Source: a virus (Duplodnaviria; Caudoviricetes). From it: a stretch of 59,880 nucleotides of DNA. Position 1 is the first letter of the stretch, and each line of letters opens with the position of its first letter. The stretch is taken from positions 1 to 59,880 of IMG/VR virus record IMGVR_UViG_3300030419_004277. One strand, written 5' to 3'. A program made the position numbers and the translations under genes. Under the pieces are notes generated by a model. That model worked only from the letters and a program-made list of their open reading frames with translations. It searched no databases and was not told the DNA's origin. This document shows, piece after piece, positions 36,812-46,785 of this stretch.

Positions 36812-38154
36812 AAGTTACAAATTACTCCCTCTCTACCTGTAAATGAAATCCGTTCATTATTCATATTATAACAAACAAAACCATTATATTCGCCAATATG
36901 TCTACTAATTGGTAAATTACTTTTTCTTATAGCATTTTTTATTGAGCCGTCTTCCTGTCCATAATCATCGAATATCAAAATCATCTTTGAATTATTCTCT
37001 AACAATCGCCTAATGTCATACGATACCAAATCAGTTGAGTGACCAGCATCAACAAATGCTACATCTATATTATTTGGTATTGTAAAATCAGAGCTATATA
37101 CATCCATTTGATTATACTCTACATTATCAACATCAAAACATTTCTCTTTCATGTGTTTTATATTTTCTTCAGACCTTTCAAATGAATGAACTTTTTTGAA
37201 ACATTCAGCAAATACTCTTGTCGTATCACCTTTACATGAACCCAACTCTAAACAAACTAAATCTTTTCTACCAGTAAATATTCTAAGTATGTCCTCTTTA
37301 AATTTTCTCGAAGTTGTTTTACACCACTCGCCCTTGTGAACTAGCTTATTCAAAAAATGATTTTCGTCATAATTATGTTTTACCAAGTCCCAAGTTTGAC
37401 TAATTATTTCAGTTCTTTGGTCTTTCGGCAATCCGCTAAAACCCCATACATATCCATATTTGATAAAAAAAGGTGTACGATCTTCATTCAACTGCCAACT
37501 AAAATTAAACATTTCTTTACGATGAATATGACATAATTTATAGCTGAATGGTAAATCTAAATTTATATCGACATTATTAATCTGTAACCAATAGTTTAAA
37601 GGTGTTTGTTCAGTTCCCTTTCTCACAGTTTTATCTTGTAACTCAACAAATTTGTCTACATTATCATGATATAATTTTTTAAAAGAATTGAAAACATCTT
37701 TGTGTTGTTCGTTAAAAATTATTAGACCTGAACTAAAATATTTTTCTTTGTCAAATTTATAACCATCAAAAAAATAGTTATAACCAACTATACTTTTGTA
37801 TGTCCACCCTAAATTATCTGTGTCTCTCCAAGCAGTAAACTTATGGTTTGTTAATTCAAATACATTTGGTGTGTCCCACTTTATTATATTCATACCATCT
37901 ACTAAATATATTTGGTCGTAATTAACACCAGCATCATCCAATATATCAAAACAATATATAGCTTTTTGCCAGTTTATTCTAAATTTTGTTAAGTCTTTTT
38001 CTATTGGTTCTTCCATAGGGAAAAATATGACATCGTGTTTTTTACACCAATACTCCCAAGACTTTCTAGTGATGTCCATCCATTCCCACCCACCGTATTT
38101 CTCAGAGTATTGTTCATTTTTGACTCCCACCCAAAAAACTACATTCTTTTTCAT
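36808..38154 (-). CDS. GT8-like glycosyltransferase fused to SAM methyltransferase
   Basis: N-terminus paralogous to the preceding gene (EQTPLN); C-terminal LELGSCKG, FVDAGH, FDDY. Confidence 0.8.
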   Translation of the reverse strand: MKKNVVFWVGVKNEQYSEKYGGWEWMDITRKSWEYWCKKHDVIFFPMEEPIEKDLTKFRINWQKAIYCFDILDDAGVNYDQIYLVDGMNIIKWDTPNVFELTNHKFTAWRDTDNLGWTYKSIVGYNYFFDGYKFDKEKYFSSGLIIFNEQHKDVFNSFKKLYHDNVDKFVELQDKTVRKGTEQTPLNYWLQINNVDINLDLPFSYKLCHIHRKEMFNFSWQLNEDRTPFFIKYGYVWGFSGLPKDQRTEIISQTWDLVKHNYDENHFLNKLVHKGEWCKTTSRKFKEDILRIFTGRKDLVCLELGSCKGDTTRVFAECFKKVHSFERSEENIKHMKEKCFDVDNVEYNQMDVYSSDFTIPNNIDVAFVDAGHSTDLVSYDIRRLLENNSKMILIFDDYGQEDGSIKNAIRKSNLPISRHIGEYNGFVCYNMNNERISFTGREGVICNL

Positions 38155-39074
38155 ACAACGACCTCGTTATAATATCTTAAAACAGTTATTTCTTTTGGGT
38201 AAGGTGGATTAATATTTTTTCCATCAATTAATTTTAATATCATCTCAACAAAATTTATTCCGGCTAAACTAGCAAAATAAGTACCACCACCAAATCTTGG
38301 ATTTATCTCAACAAATTTAAGGTTAGCATTAATATCTTCTTTCATCTGCAAACATATCGATCCCTTTAACTTTAAAAATCTACATATGTCAGAACAAGTT
38401 TTTTCTATATAACTATTCCTAACAACTTTAGCTTTTGTTGAAACACCTTCTTTGGTTTGTAACCTTTTTCTAGGGACTATCGAAAGTGGATTTGAATTCA
38501 TATCACACAAAACATCAATGGTATATTCTTGACCAGGTAAATATTCTTGGTATATGTATTCTTTTTTATTAACATCCAAACAATTAATATCCTCTTTGCG
38601 ATAGCAAACTTTAATACCTCTGCTACCAGCAGAATGTTTTCTTGGTTTAGCAAAAAGAGGAAATCCAATATCTTTCACATCTAAAGAAGTCTTTGGTAAT
38701 GAAAAGTTACTTTTACATTTATTATAAAAATCTAATTTATCAGAGCAAGTCATAATTGATTCGTGACTAGACATAAATAAATGAACATCAAGATGTTCAA
38801 ACATCTGTGAATGTTTAGAAATAGTTATTATTTCGTTAGAGCTGGTGGGTAATATTAAGTTTATATGTTCTTTCTTAACTATATTTAATAATACCCCTAT
38901 GTAATCATCATCAAAGGCATTTGGTACTGTGTAAAAACTATCTGATAAGTAAAACCCAGCAGACATTTTATTTGAGTCAACACTAACTATGTTTCCACCA
39001 AAGTTAATATCTCTTAACGATTTTATAACACCGTGTGAAGCAGGTCCGCCAGCACTAAGAACTAATATGTTCAT
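38151..39074 (-). CDS. ATP-grasp ligase (carbamoyl-phosphate synthase-like)
   Basis: KPR...GSRG, QEYLPGQEYTID, EINPRFGG. Confidence 0.88.
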   Translation of the reverse strand: MNILVLSAGGPASHGVIKSLRDINFGGNIVSVDSNKMSAGFYLSDSFYTVPNAFDDDYIGVLLNIVKKEHINLILPTSSNEIITISKHSQMFEHLDVHLFMSSHESIMTCSDKLDFYNKCKSNFSLPKTSLDVKDIGFPLFAKPRKHSAGSRGIKVCYRKEDINCLDVNKKEYIYQEYLPGQEYTIDVLCDMNSNPLSIVPRKRLQTKEGVSTKAKVVRNSYIEKTCSDICRFLKLKGSICLQMKEDINANLKFVEINPRFGGGTYFASLAGINFVEMILKLIDGKNINPPYPKEITVLRYYNEVVV

Positions 39075-39379
39075 TTACTTAAACCTTCTATCTTATACCA
39101 CTCCTCATTATTGATGCCTTTATCATCAATAAACAAATCATAATCTGGTTTACCTAACTTGACACTATGGTACTTAACACCCCAATCATCTAATTGATCT
39201 AATGTGAACTTAAACCAATCTATTTTAGATTTAGTACCCCTTGATGAAAAAAACTGAATGTGATGGCCTTCATCGTATTTTTTATTTATCCACTCGATAA
39301 CCTCAAGATATGGGACAGCATCTTTATATTCACAATTAGTGCTACATATAGTACCATCTATGTCAAAACAATATCTCAT
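39071..39379 (-). CDS. small HAD-family phosphatase
   Basis: FDIDGTI, SRG, GKP, FIDDK. Confidence 0.85.
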   Translation of the reverse strand: MRYCFDIDGTICSTNCEYKDAVPYLEVIEWINKKYDEGHHIQFFSSRGTKSKIDWFKFTLDQLDDWGVKYHSVKLGKPDYDLFIDDKGINNEEWYKIEGLSK

Positions 39380-39987
39380 TATATAACAACTCTTATCGCT
39401 TCATAACATTCAGCATATTCACAACCAACTTGTAAACCCCTAGTTCTAGCAACATCAAAAATATACTCTTTACTCATAAAAACTCTTTCACCTTGAGTTT
39501 TATAACAATCAACCATCTCATATTTTTTATCAATATCTATCTTGCTTAATTTAATAAAAATATCTGTAGAAAATGTTCTGTTATTCCAAGGCATCTCATA
39601 GCCAAAAATATTTGTTCTTTTAAAAGCACGAAAACACTCTTGATATAAAACCTGGTGGTCTTGGTGATTGTCATATGATGATGGACATAGAACTAAATCA
39701 TAATTATTGTCTTTATTTCTGTTCCAAAGAAAATCTAAAATATCTTGTCTTTGTTGGTGGAACATACGAGGAGTAAAATCTAAAAACTCTCCTTCGATAT
39801 TTAAAATAGACATAGCAGATTTAAATTCTTCAACCGGATCTCCAATTGATAATGGTTGAGCTGAAGAAAATGAAATAGAATGAATTTCTATGTTTGGGTT
39901 TTCATTTTTTAGTTTAGATAAAAAACCACCACATCCTAATTCTATATCATCTGTATGTGGCGCTAATGCTAAGACCTTATTATACAT
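39379..39987 (-). CDS. PIG-L/LmbE family deacetylase
   Basis: APHTDDIELGCGG, HQDH, YKTQ. Confidence 0.88.
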   Translation of the reverse strand: MYNKVLALAPHTDDIELGCGGFLSKLKNENPNIEIHSISFSSAQPLSIGDPVEEFKSAMSILNIEGEFLDFTPRMFHQQRQDILDFLWNRNKDNNYDLVLCPSSYDNHQDHQVLYQECFRAFKRTNIFGYEMPWNNRTFSTDIFIKLSKIDIDKKYEMVDCYKTQGERVFMSKEYIFDVARTRGLQVGCEYAECYEAIRVVI

Positions 39988-40021
39988 TTATAACCTTTAC
40001 TTTGTATATATATAAATATAG

Positions 40022-40795
40022 TTAAATAGTTGAAACACCATGTTTTTGAACCACTATTTTAGTGCAATCTTGAGCAAATGATATTGCTGAAAAAATATTT
40101 TTTGTTTTAACATATTCTTTGGTTAATCCAGCAAGAAAGGTATCACCAGCACCAGAAATGTCTTTGACTGGAACATCATCAGTTGAATAAATTTTACCTT
40201 GAAATTCACAACCATTTCTTCCCTTAGTTATTATAGTTTTCTTAAGAATATGATGATTGCCAGGTGTTTCAAAAAAATCTTTGTTTTGTTCATACTCTAA
40301 ATCATTAATTTTTAAATAGTCACAATCTACTATCCACTTACCTAATCTCTTTTTTGTGTCAACAAAGACATTAGTATTATTTTCACATATAAATTTAATA
40401 TCATCTTCAAGTAAAAACCCTTTATCATAATCTGATATAATTATGGCGTCTACCTCTATTTCACCTGTCATTGGTATATGACATTTATTATTTTGAATAG
40501 TTGATAAGATAACCTCATCTATCCTATCACAATAATCATGATTGTCTACCCTTAAAACCAATTGATTAGATTTATCATCAACATATCTTACTTTTTCAAT
40601 ACTATTTGTATTAGTTATGGTATGAATGGTTACACCCAAAGCCTCAATATTTTTAGATACATTACGAGCCATGCCATCATTTGTCCTTGTCTTTATTGGA
40701 TTAAAAACTGCAACAGGAGCTTCTGGTGCTAATCTTTTTACTTTGCCGTATATGAATACATCTTTACAACTATCACCAACCACTAATATCTTCAT
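40022..40795 (-). CDS. PfkB-family heptose-7-phosphate kinase (HldE/RfaE domain I)
   Basis: VVGD..D, RLAPEAPV, ISDYDKG, DISGAGDT. Confidence 0.85.
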   Translation of the reverse strand: MKILVVGDSCKDVFIYGKVKRLAPEAPVAVFNPIKTRTNDGMARNVSKNIEALGVTIHTITNTNSIEKVRYVDDKSNQLVLRVDNHDYCDRIDEVILSTIQNNKCHIPMTGEIEVDAIIISDYDKGFLLEDDIKFICENNTNVFVDTKKRLGKWIVDCDYLKINDLEYEQNKDFFETPGNHHILKKTIITKGRNGCEFQGKIYSTDDVPVKDISGAGDTFLAGLTKEYVKTKNIFSAISFAQDCTKIVVQKHGVSTI

Positions 40796-41226
40796 AATAA
40801 AAAGTCCTCTTTTTTTAACTTGTCGTAAACTTCTTTTTGGCTATCACCTGGTGAAACCCTATAAGAATCTGAATCTTTATGATGAGTTGATACTTCAAAT
40901 ATCTTACCATCAGTAAGAGCTTCTAATTGATGTGGTTGTCCTGGATATTGTCTAACTACCCAACCTGGTGATATTGTCATAGATTGTTTAAGTGCAGTTT
41001 CAGTATCTATAAAAGAATAATAAAAATTTCCTTTTTCTACCCACCAAGTTTCATCTTTTTCCATATGAAAATGCATTGAAAACTTACAACCCTTTTTAAA
41101 CTCTAATATCTTACCACAATACATTTCATTGTTTTCTATGATAATTTCTCTCCCCCAACCTTTTGGTATTGTACAACACTCCTCTACAAGCGCATCGGTT
41201 CTTATTTCACCATTTCTCATTGTCAC
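40792..41226 (-). CDS. cupin sugar isomerase
   Basis: KGWGRE, SMHFH..KDETW, PH, EVST. Confidence 0.8.
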   Translation of the reverse strand: MTMRNGEIRTDALVEECCTIPKGWGREIIIENNEMYCGKILEFKKGCKFSMHFHMEKDETWWVEKGNFYYSFIDTETALKQSMTISPGWVVRQYPGQPHQLEALTDGKIFEVSTHHKDSDSYRVSPGDSQKEVYDKLKKEDFLL

Positions 41227-41618
41227 CAGCTAACCTCCCAATCTTTAAACTCAGCAGCGATACAATCTATTTTATAATCTTTCCTACTATTATCATTAAC
41301 ATGATCTTGTATAATGTTTTTTGCTGTATTTCTAATACCATTCAATCCGTGAGTTAAACCAAGATTCCCATCCCCCTCACCTGCTCTATACTTTGTTTCG
41401 TTGTGCCATATATGTAAATTCATCTGAGCTAAAACAATAATTGCTCTTATCATTTCACCACTTGGTTTTTCCCAATTCATCAACATATCTATATCATGAA
41501 CTATATCCTTAATCTCTTTTGCATATTCTTTTTTATGTTCTGGAATAAAAACCTCTTTCAACTGAATAATAGAAAGTCTATCTATCAACTCAGCCAGAGT
41601 TGGTAAGTATTTTCTCAT
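41223..41618 (-). CDS. hypothetical protein (DUF4254/DUF6165-like) of glycan loci
   Basis: LAELIDRLSI...N..IWH.E...N..RN. Confidence 0.6.
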   Translation of the reverse strand: MRKYLPTLAELIDRLSIIQLKEVFIPEHKKEYAKEIKDIVHDIDMLMNWEKPSGEMIRAIIVLAQMNLHIWHNETKYRAGEGDGNLGLTHGLNGIRNTAKNIIQDHVNDNSRKDYKIDCIAAEFKDWEVSW

Positions 41619-42472
41619 TTAATATTGTCCTCTATTGTTTTAGTTATGCTTTCAACATCCAAACCAAAATATTTTCTAGCGTCATTAACATCGCCGTATT
41701 TTGTATAAAACTCATCTCTTATACCAAACTTTTTTACTTTATCTTCTGAAACTTCATTTATTGCTTCATACAATCCGTTTACATCTTGAAAAACAATAAT
41801 ATTAGTATTATTATATTTTTGTATTAAATCTTTGTCTATCGGTTTGATAGTATGAAAATAAAGTAAATTAACATCTAACCATTTAGCTGCTTCGTATACA
41901 TTAGTTAATATAGGACCAGAAGTAGCTATTGTTGTTTTAGATCCTTTATTAATCATTTCTACTCCTTTACCAAACTCAACATCAATATTTATTTCATGTG
42001 GAAAGTCTGATAGTCTGTAGTATGTAGTCTTTTCATTATCGTACTGACTTCTAACTAAAGTGTCAACCTCTTTATTAGATCCTGGTTGTAATACCTCTAT
42101 ATTAGGTAACATTCTTAAATTAGAAATATCATTATGACAATGGTGTGAAGCACCATCATAAGCATAATCAAATGTAGCACCACAGGTCACTATGTTACCA
42201 TTAAAATCATTATAAAGCATATCTAATTTTATTTGTTCATAACTTCTGTCGGACAAAAAGGGATTGATAGTGTGAACAAATGGAATTAATCCTTGAGATG
42301 ACAGTCCAGCAGAAACACTAACCAATGAATTTTCCCCAATAGCTAAATTAAAAACTTTATTTGGATTTTTTATTTTAAAATCATCGAAAAGATAAACACT
42401 AACATCACCAAGTATTAAAACTATTTTTTCATCGTTTATATCTATAATAGTTTCTTTAAATTGTTTTCTCAT
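41615..42472 (-). CDS. split transketolase, C-terminal subunit
   Basis: NLAIGE, RSYEQIK, GASHH, IKPID. Confidence 0.85.
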   Translation of the reverse strand: MRKQFKETIIDINDEKIVLILGDVSVYLFDDFKIKNPNKVFNLAIGENSLVSVSAGLSSQGLIPFVHTINPFLSDRSYEQIKLDMLYNDFNGNIVTCGATFDYAYDGASHHCHNDISNLRMLPNIEVLQPGSNKEVDTLVRSQYDNEKTTYYRLSDFPHEINIDVEFGKGVEMINKGSKTTIATSGPILTNVYEAAKWLDVNLLYFHTIKPIDKDLIQKYNNTNIIVFQDVNGLYEAINEVSEDKVKKFGIRDEFYTKYGDVNDARKYFGLDVESITKTIEDNIK

Positions 42473-43241
42473 TTAACTCATCCATAAAAATTTTATAATA
42501 ATCATCATTTGGAACTTTACTATGCCACTCAAACTTGTTTTCAATCAGAGTTCTACAAGGATAGCCTTTTATAGTTTCAGCAACTATAACAAGTGGTTTA
42601 TTTTTTTTCCCACATTTAAAAGCGTTTTTAATTTTATTTACATCATGTCCAAATATTTTTTCAACGGCACAACCAAATTCTTTACACACTCCATCGATGT
42701 TACTTAATTGTAAACCCCTTGTTTGAGATTTATTAACATCGAAAATTATAACTAAATTATCTAATTTTTCATTAACAGCAATCATTATTGATTCCCAAAC
42801 AGAACCTTCGTTTGCTTCGCCATCACCTACTAAGACATAAACTTTTCTATAACTTTTTTTTATTTTAAATGCTAGTGCCATACCTACAGCAATTCCAATA
42901 CCATGACCTAAAGAGCCAGTAGAAGACTCCACGCCAGGAACTTTTAGTCTATCTGGATGACCACCAAATTTACTGTTATATTTTTTTAATGTTTTTATAT
43001 CATCTAATGCAAAGTAACCATGATGTGATAGTATGGTATAATAAGAAAGAGAAGCGTGCCCTTTACTTAAAATAAAAATGTCTCTACCTTCCCAATTTGT
43101 ATTTTTTGGATTGTGATTCATATGATTATAAACAGAATCGATAAGTTCAACTACAGAGTAATCTGTCCCTAACCTACCTTGAGTAGTTGTTCTAGCAAGA
43201 TTTAATATATCTTTTCTAATATCAATATACTTTTGTTCCAT
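42456..43241 (-). CDS. split transketolase, N-terminal ThDP-binding subunit
   Basis: LSKGH, GHP, GSLGHG, GDGEANEGSVWE, TIKG. Confidence 0.9.
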   Translation of the reverse strand: MEQKYIDIRKDILNLARTTTQGRLGTDYSVVELIDSVYNHMNHNPKNTNWEGRDIFILSKGHASLSYYTILSHHGYFALDDIKTLKKYNSKFGGHPDRLKVPGVESSTGSLGHGIGIAVGMALAFKIKKSYRKVYVLVGDGEANEGSVWESIMIAVNEKLDNLVIIFDVNKSQTRGLQLSNIDGVCKEFGCAVEKIFGHDVNKIKNAFKCGKKNKPLVIVAETIKGYPCRTLIENKFEWHSKVPNDDYYKIFMDELNEKTI

Positions 43242-43750
43242 TATCTATCTCTCTTAGACAGTATTGGATTATCTATAGGCCAATCTATACCTATTCTCTT
43301 ATCATTCCATTTAAGGGTAAATTGATCACTAACATCAGGATAGTCACCATCATATGACCATTTATATGTTAAAACAGAATGTTCACTCATCACACAAAAA
43401 CCATTTACAAAGTAAGGTGGAACTAAAACCATTTTTTTGTTATGTTGTGATAGCATAACCCAATCCCATTGTAAATATGTTGGGGAATTTTTTCTGTAAT
43501 CCACTACTACATAATACAATTCGCCGTGTAAACAAGTTGCTAATTTCCAAGATTTAGTATCACCGTGTAATCCTCTAATGACATTCTTACGAGAAGTTGA
43601 AACTTTATCATGATTGAATTTTATGGGATAATCCCACTCATCTTCTTTCCAAGTAGTCCACAACTCGCCTCTGTAATCTACAAAAGAACTTGGTTGTATT
43701 ACGCTAACTAAACCTTCGAATATTCGTTTGTTCATAATACTTTTCTCCAA
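43241..43750 (-). CDS. NDP-4-keto-6-deoxyhexose 3,5-epimerase (RmlC-like)
   Basis: DYRG, VIRGLH, VVDYRKNSPTY, WND..IGIDWP. Confidence 0.88.
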   Translation of the reverse strand: MEKSIMNKRIFEGLVSVIQPSSFVDYRGELWTTWKEDEWDYPIKFNHDKVSTSRKNVIRGLHGDTKSWKLATCLHGELYYVVVDYRKNSPTYLQWDWVMLSQHNKKMVLVPPYFVNGFCVMSEHSVLTYKWSYDGDYPDVSDQFTLKWNDKRIGIDWPIDNPILSKRDR

Positions 43751-44700
43751 TATTCTAATAAATCTTCACATACATTAGTTAAATTTTTTCTAGGCGTCCA
43801 CCCAAACTGATTTCTGAATTTATTAGTATCTGGTATCTGTAAAGTAATATCTGTAGGTCTTACTCTATCTTTGTCTAATTTTTTTTGTAATCCATCCTTA
43901 GTAGACATACTAATTAGTTTATCTAAAGCATCACCAACTGTACAAGTTTCACTCCCACCGATATTGTAAACCTCTCCAAATTTATTACTATTAGAGCACA
44001 CCCAATAAGCACTTATAGCATCATCAATGTGAGCGTAAGTTCTTGTAGATTCTAAATTACCGTGTCTTATAAATCCATCACCCTTGCCTTTTTCGTTTAA
44101 TACGATTTGATGAGCAAATGAAGATAGAGCAAATTGCTTACCCCTACGAGCACCCTCATGACTAAACATACGAGTTATGATAATTTTCATACCGAATGCT
44201 TTATGATAATACTGAGACATTAGATCATGTCCAACTTTTGAAATTGAATATGGATTAGCTGCTCTGATAGGGTTTGTTTCTTTAATTGGAACTTCACTCT
44301 CTTCTGGCATACCATAAACTTCACTGGTTGATACGCTAACAATTATAGGATCATATTCAGAATCTTTTATTGATTCTAACAAATGTGTCGTACCAACGGT
44401 ATTGGTTTGTAAAGTTATGACTGGTGTCTTAAAACTTACTTCAGGAAAACTTTGAGCAGCAAAATGAAATATTTTACTTGGTTTAGATATATCTACCGCT
44501 CTCTTAATACTTAGACTATCCAATAAATCACAATCAATAAATTCTAATCTATCGTCATCAATATGATCTAAATTTTTAGTGTCTTCCATCCATCGTTTTG
44601 TACAATATATTTTTTGGTTTGGTTTTATGGCGTATTCTAAAATGTAATCAATCATGTGACTACCGACAAAACCTGTACCACCAGTTATTAATATATTCAT
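43732..44700 (-). CDS. GDP-sugar dehydratase/reductase (Gmd/Rmd-like SDR)
   Basis: GGTGFVGSH, AAQSF, STSEVYG, PYSISK, RPTD. Confidence 0.85.
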   Translation of the reverse strand: MNILITGGTGFVGSHMIDYILEYAIKPNQKIYCTKRWMEDTKNLDHIDDDRLEFIDCDLLDSLSIKRAVDISKPSKIFHFAAQSFPEVSFKTPVITLQTNTVGTTHLLESIKDSEYDPIIVSVSTSEVYGMPEESEVPIKETNPIRAANPYSISKVGHDLMSQYYHKAFGMKIIITRMFSHEGARRGKQFALSSFAHQIVLNEKGKGDGFIRHGNLESTRTYAHIDDAISAYWVCSNSNKFGEVYNIGGSETCTVGDALDKLISMSTKDGLQKKLDKDRVRPTDITLQIPDTNKFRNQFGWTPRKNLTNVCEDLLEYWRKVL

Positions 44701-45860
44701 AACGAATTTAACTCCTCACACAAACTAAGAATATCTTCTCTAACTAATTCAGGATGATTACCAATATATAAACCAAACGAATGTATGTGATCTACATTCT
44801 TCAAATCATGTTTGATTATATCATACCCCTCTAAATAAGGTTGTCTAGCTTGGTTACCACCACCAGCAGTTCCAACTCTATACTCTATCTTTTTTTCAGC
44901 TAATAATTTACAACATTTATTGAACAAATCCAAATCTTTTTTAGTCAAAATTAATGGTAATGCAAAATTACTATTCCCATTTTTTTCATAGTCAACCATA
45001 AACTTATCAGAATTTAAATTATCAACCCAAACAATAAAGTTTTTTGACCTTTGTTCACAATTAAAATCCAATCTTTTTAATTGTTGTAAACCTAATACAG
45101 CATTAATTTCTTGATTTCTAAAATTATAACCAGGCACAGCAAAAGTAAACAATGGATTTAAATCAGAATACTTTTTTTTGTATTCATTTATTAATGAAGG
45201 CGAGGCTTCTCTTGTCATACCGTGTGACCTAAACAATTTAGCTAAATCATATATGTCACTATTATTAGTACATACCATACCACCCTCAATAGTGGTTATA
45301 TGATGACCAAAGTAAAAAGAAAAATTAGAAACATCACCAAAGTTACCAACTTTAATTCCGTTGTGTTCAACTCCATGAGATTCACAACAATCTTCCATCA
45401 AAAATAAACTGTTCTTTTTACAAAAATCTACCAATTCCTCACTTATAGCATTGAAACCCAACACATGAACTAAACAAACACCAACAGTATAGTCGGTAAC
45501 TGCTGCTTTTATATTCTCTAAAGTAATGGACATATTTTTAAAATCAACATCAACAAATACAGGAGTAAATCCTAGATTTATTAAAGGAGCTACATCTGAA
45601 ACCCATCCTAAAGGCGAAACAATTACCTCTCCCAACCCATGTGTTTCTTTCATTATAGAAGTCATCATATAATTCGCAGAAGCACCTGAGTTTACAAAAA
45701 CAGAATGCTCACATCCTAAATATTTAGACCAGGCCTTTTCAAACTCCTTTACTTTAGCACCATTAGTGAATCGTTGATTAGGTGTATTAATAAAATCCAC
45801 CATCGCTTTTTTATCACCGCTTGTTATACTATCATTTATTAATTGCCATTTAAATTCCAT
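44697..45860 (-). CDS. PLP/PMP-dependent sugar 3-dehydratase (ColD/RfbH-like, DegT family)
   Basis: NSGASAN, EDCCES, SFYFGHHITTIEGG with His in place of the aminotransferase Lys. Confidence 0.82.
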   Translation of the reverse strand: MEFKWQLINDSITSGDKKAMVDFINTPNQRFTNGAKVKEFEKAWSKYLGCEHSVFVNSGASANYMMTSIMKETHGLGEVIVSPLGWVSDVAPLINLGFTPVFVDVDFKNMSITLENIKAAVTDYTVGVCLVHVLGFNAISEELVDFCKKNSLFLMEDCCESHGVEHNGIKVGNFGDVSNFSFYFGHHITTIEGGMVCTNNSDIYDLAKLFRSHGMTREASPSLINEYKKKYSDLNPLFTFAVPGYNFRNQEINAVLGLQQLKRLDFNCEQRSKNFIVWVDNLNSDKFMVDYEKNGNSNFALPLILTKKDLDLFNKCCKLLAEKKIEYRVGTAGGGNQARQPYLEGYDIIKHDLKNVDHIHSFGLYIGNHPELVREDILSLCEELNSL

Positions 45861-45864
45861 ATTA

Positions 45865-46785
45865 TTACCCTATTTCTATTGTATCGTGGATATAAGATAC
45901 TGGTATTTTATCGTATTTATCATCTTTAAATCTATTATAACATTCTTGTAAAGTTTCATTAGCTTTAACAAATGTTTTTTTGCCAACCTTTAAAATTTCA
46001 CTTATGTCAATCTGACTCATCTTTCTACCACTATCTTTTTGTTTTAATATACCATCTGAACTTTTTAGTTTTAATCCGATGTCTATGGAAACTCTTAACC
46101 CACCGTTATTTTTGAGTGTTCTATGTAGACAAGCGTGATCGAAAATAGTTATAGTTCCAAATTTCAAGTTACTAATATGTTCAAAATCTGTAAAAGTTTT
46201 TTGTCCATTAGAATAATTAGGTTGAGTATCAAAAAATGATGGTTGAACTTCACCGATTACTTTATTAAATTCTAAAGATGTAGTTTTATCTCCTAACACA
46301 CCAATAGTTAATATAGCGTCACCCTTATGACCAGCCCACGCATCGGAGTGTAATCTTGATGTTGCTGACAATCTTGAATCTGCATTGGAAACTTTACCAT
46401 CAACTATTCTTACTGTAGTAAGATCAAAAGAACTAAACTGATTAACTAAGTTTTTTTTAATTAAAATATCATTAATGTGACTTTGTATTTTATTATAAAC
46501 ATCTACATTTTCAACTTTTGGGTAAAAAGCACCATTTGGCGTTCTATTTGGTAAATTTAAAATATTATTTTTATACTCTTTTAAAAAATTATCTGATTTT
46601 TTAAATGTTTTTTTGTAGAACTCATTACAAGTTTTTATTATGTATTCTTCAAGTAAGTTTTTTAATTTTTTATTGTCAACTTCATCTATTAATAATTCTA
46701 AACAGACACCGCCGTCAAAAGATACCTCACATTCTCTACGAATATCATCGTATAATTTCTCTCTATCACTAAGATTATTCAACAT
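45865..46785 (-). CDS. putative Fe(II)/2OG oxygenase
   Basis: LHSDAW...LHRT...RVSID. Confidence 0.6.
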   Translation of the reverse strand: MLNNLSDREKLYDDIRRECEVSFDGGVCLELLIDEVDNKKLKNLLEEYIIKTCNEFYKKTFKKSDNFLKEYKNNILNLPNRTPNGAFYPKVENVDVYNKIQSHINDILIKKNLVNQFSSFDLTTVRIVDGKVSNADSRLSATSRLHSDAWAGHKGDAILTIGVLGDKTTSLEFNKVIGEVQPSFFDTQPNYSNGQKTFTDFEHISNLKFGTITIFDHACLHRTLKNNGGLRVSIDIGLKLKSSDGILKQKDSGRKMSQIDISEILKVGKKTFVKANETLQECYNRFKDDKYDKIPVSYIHDTIEIG

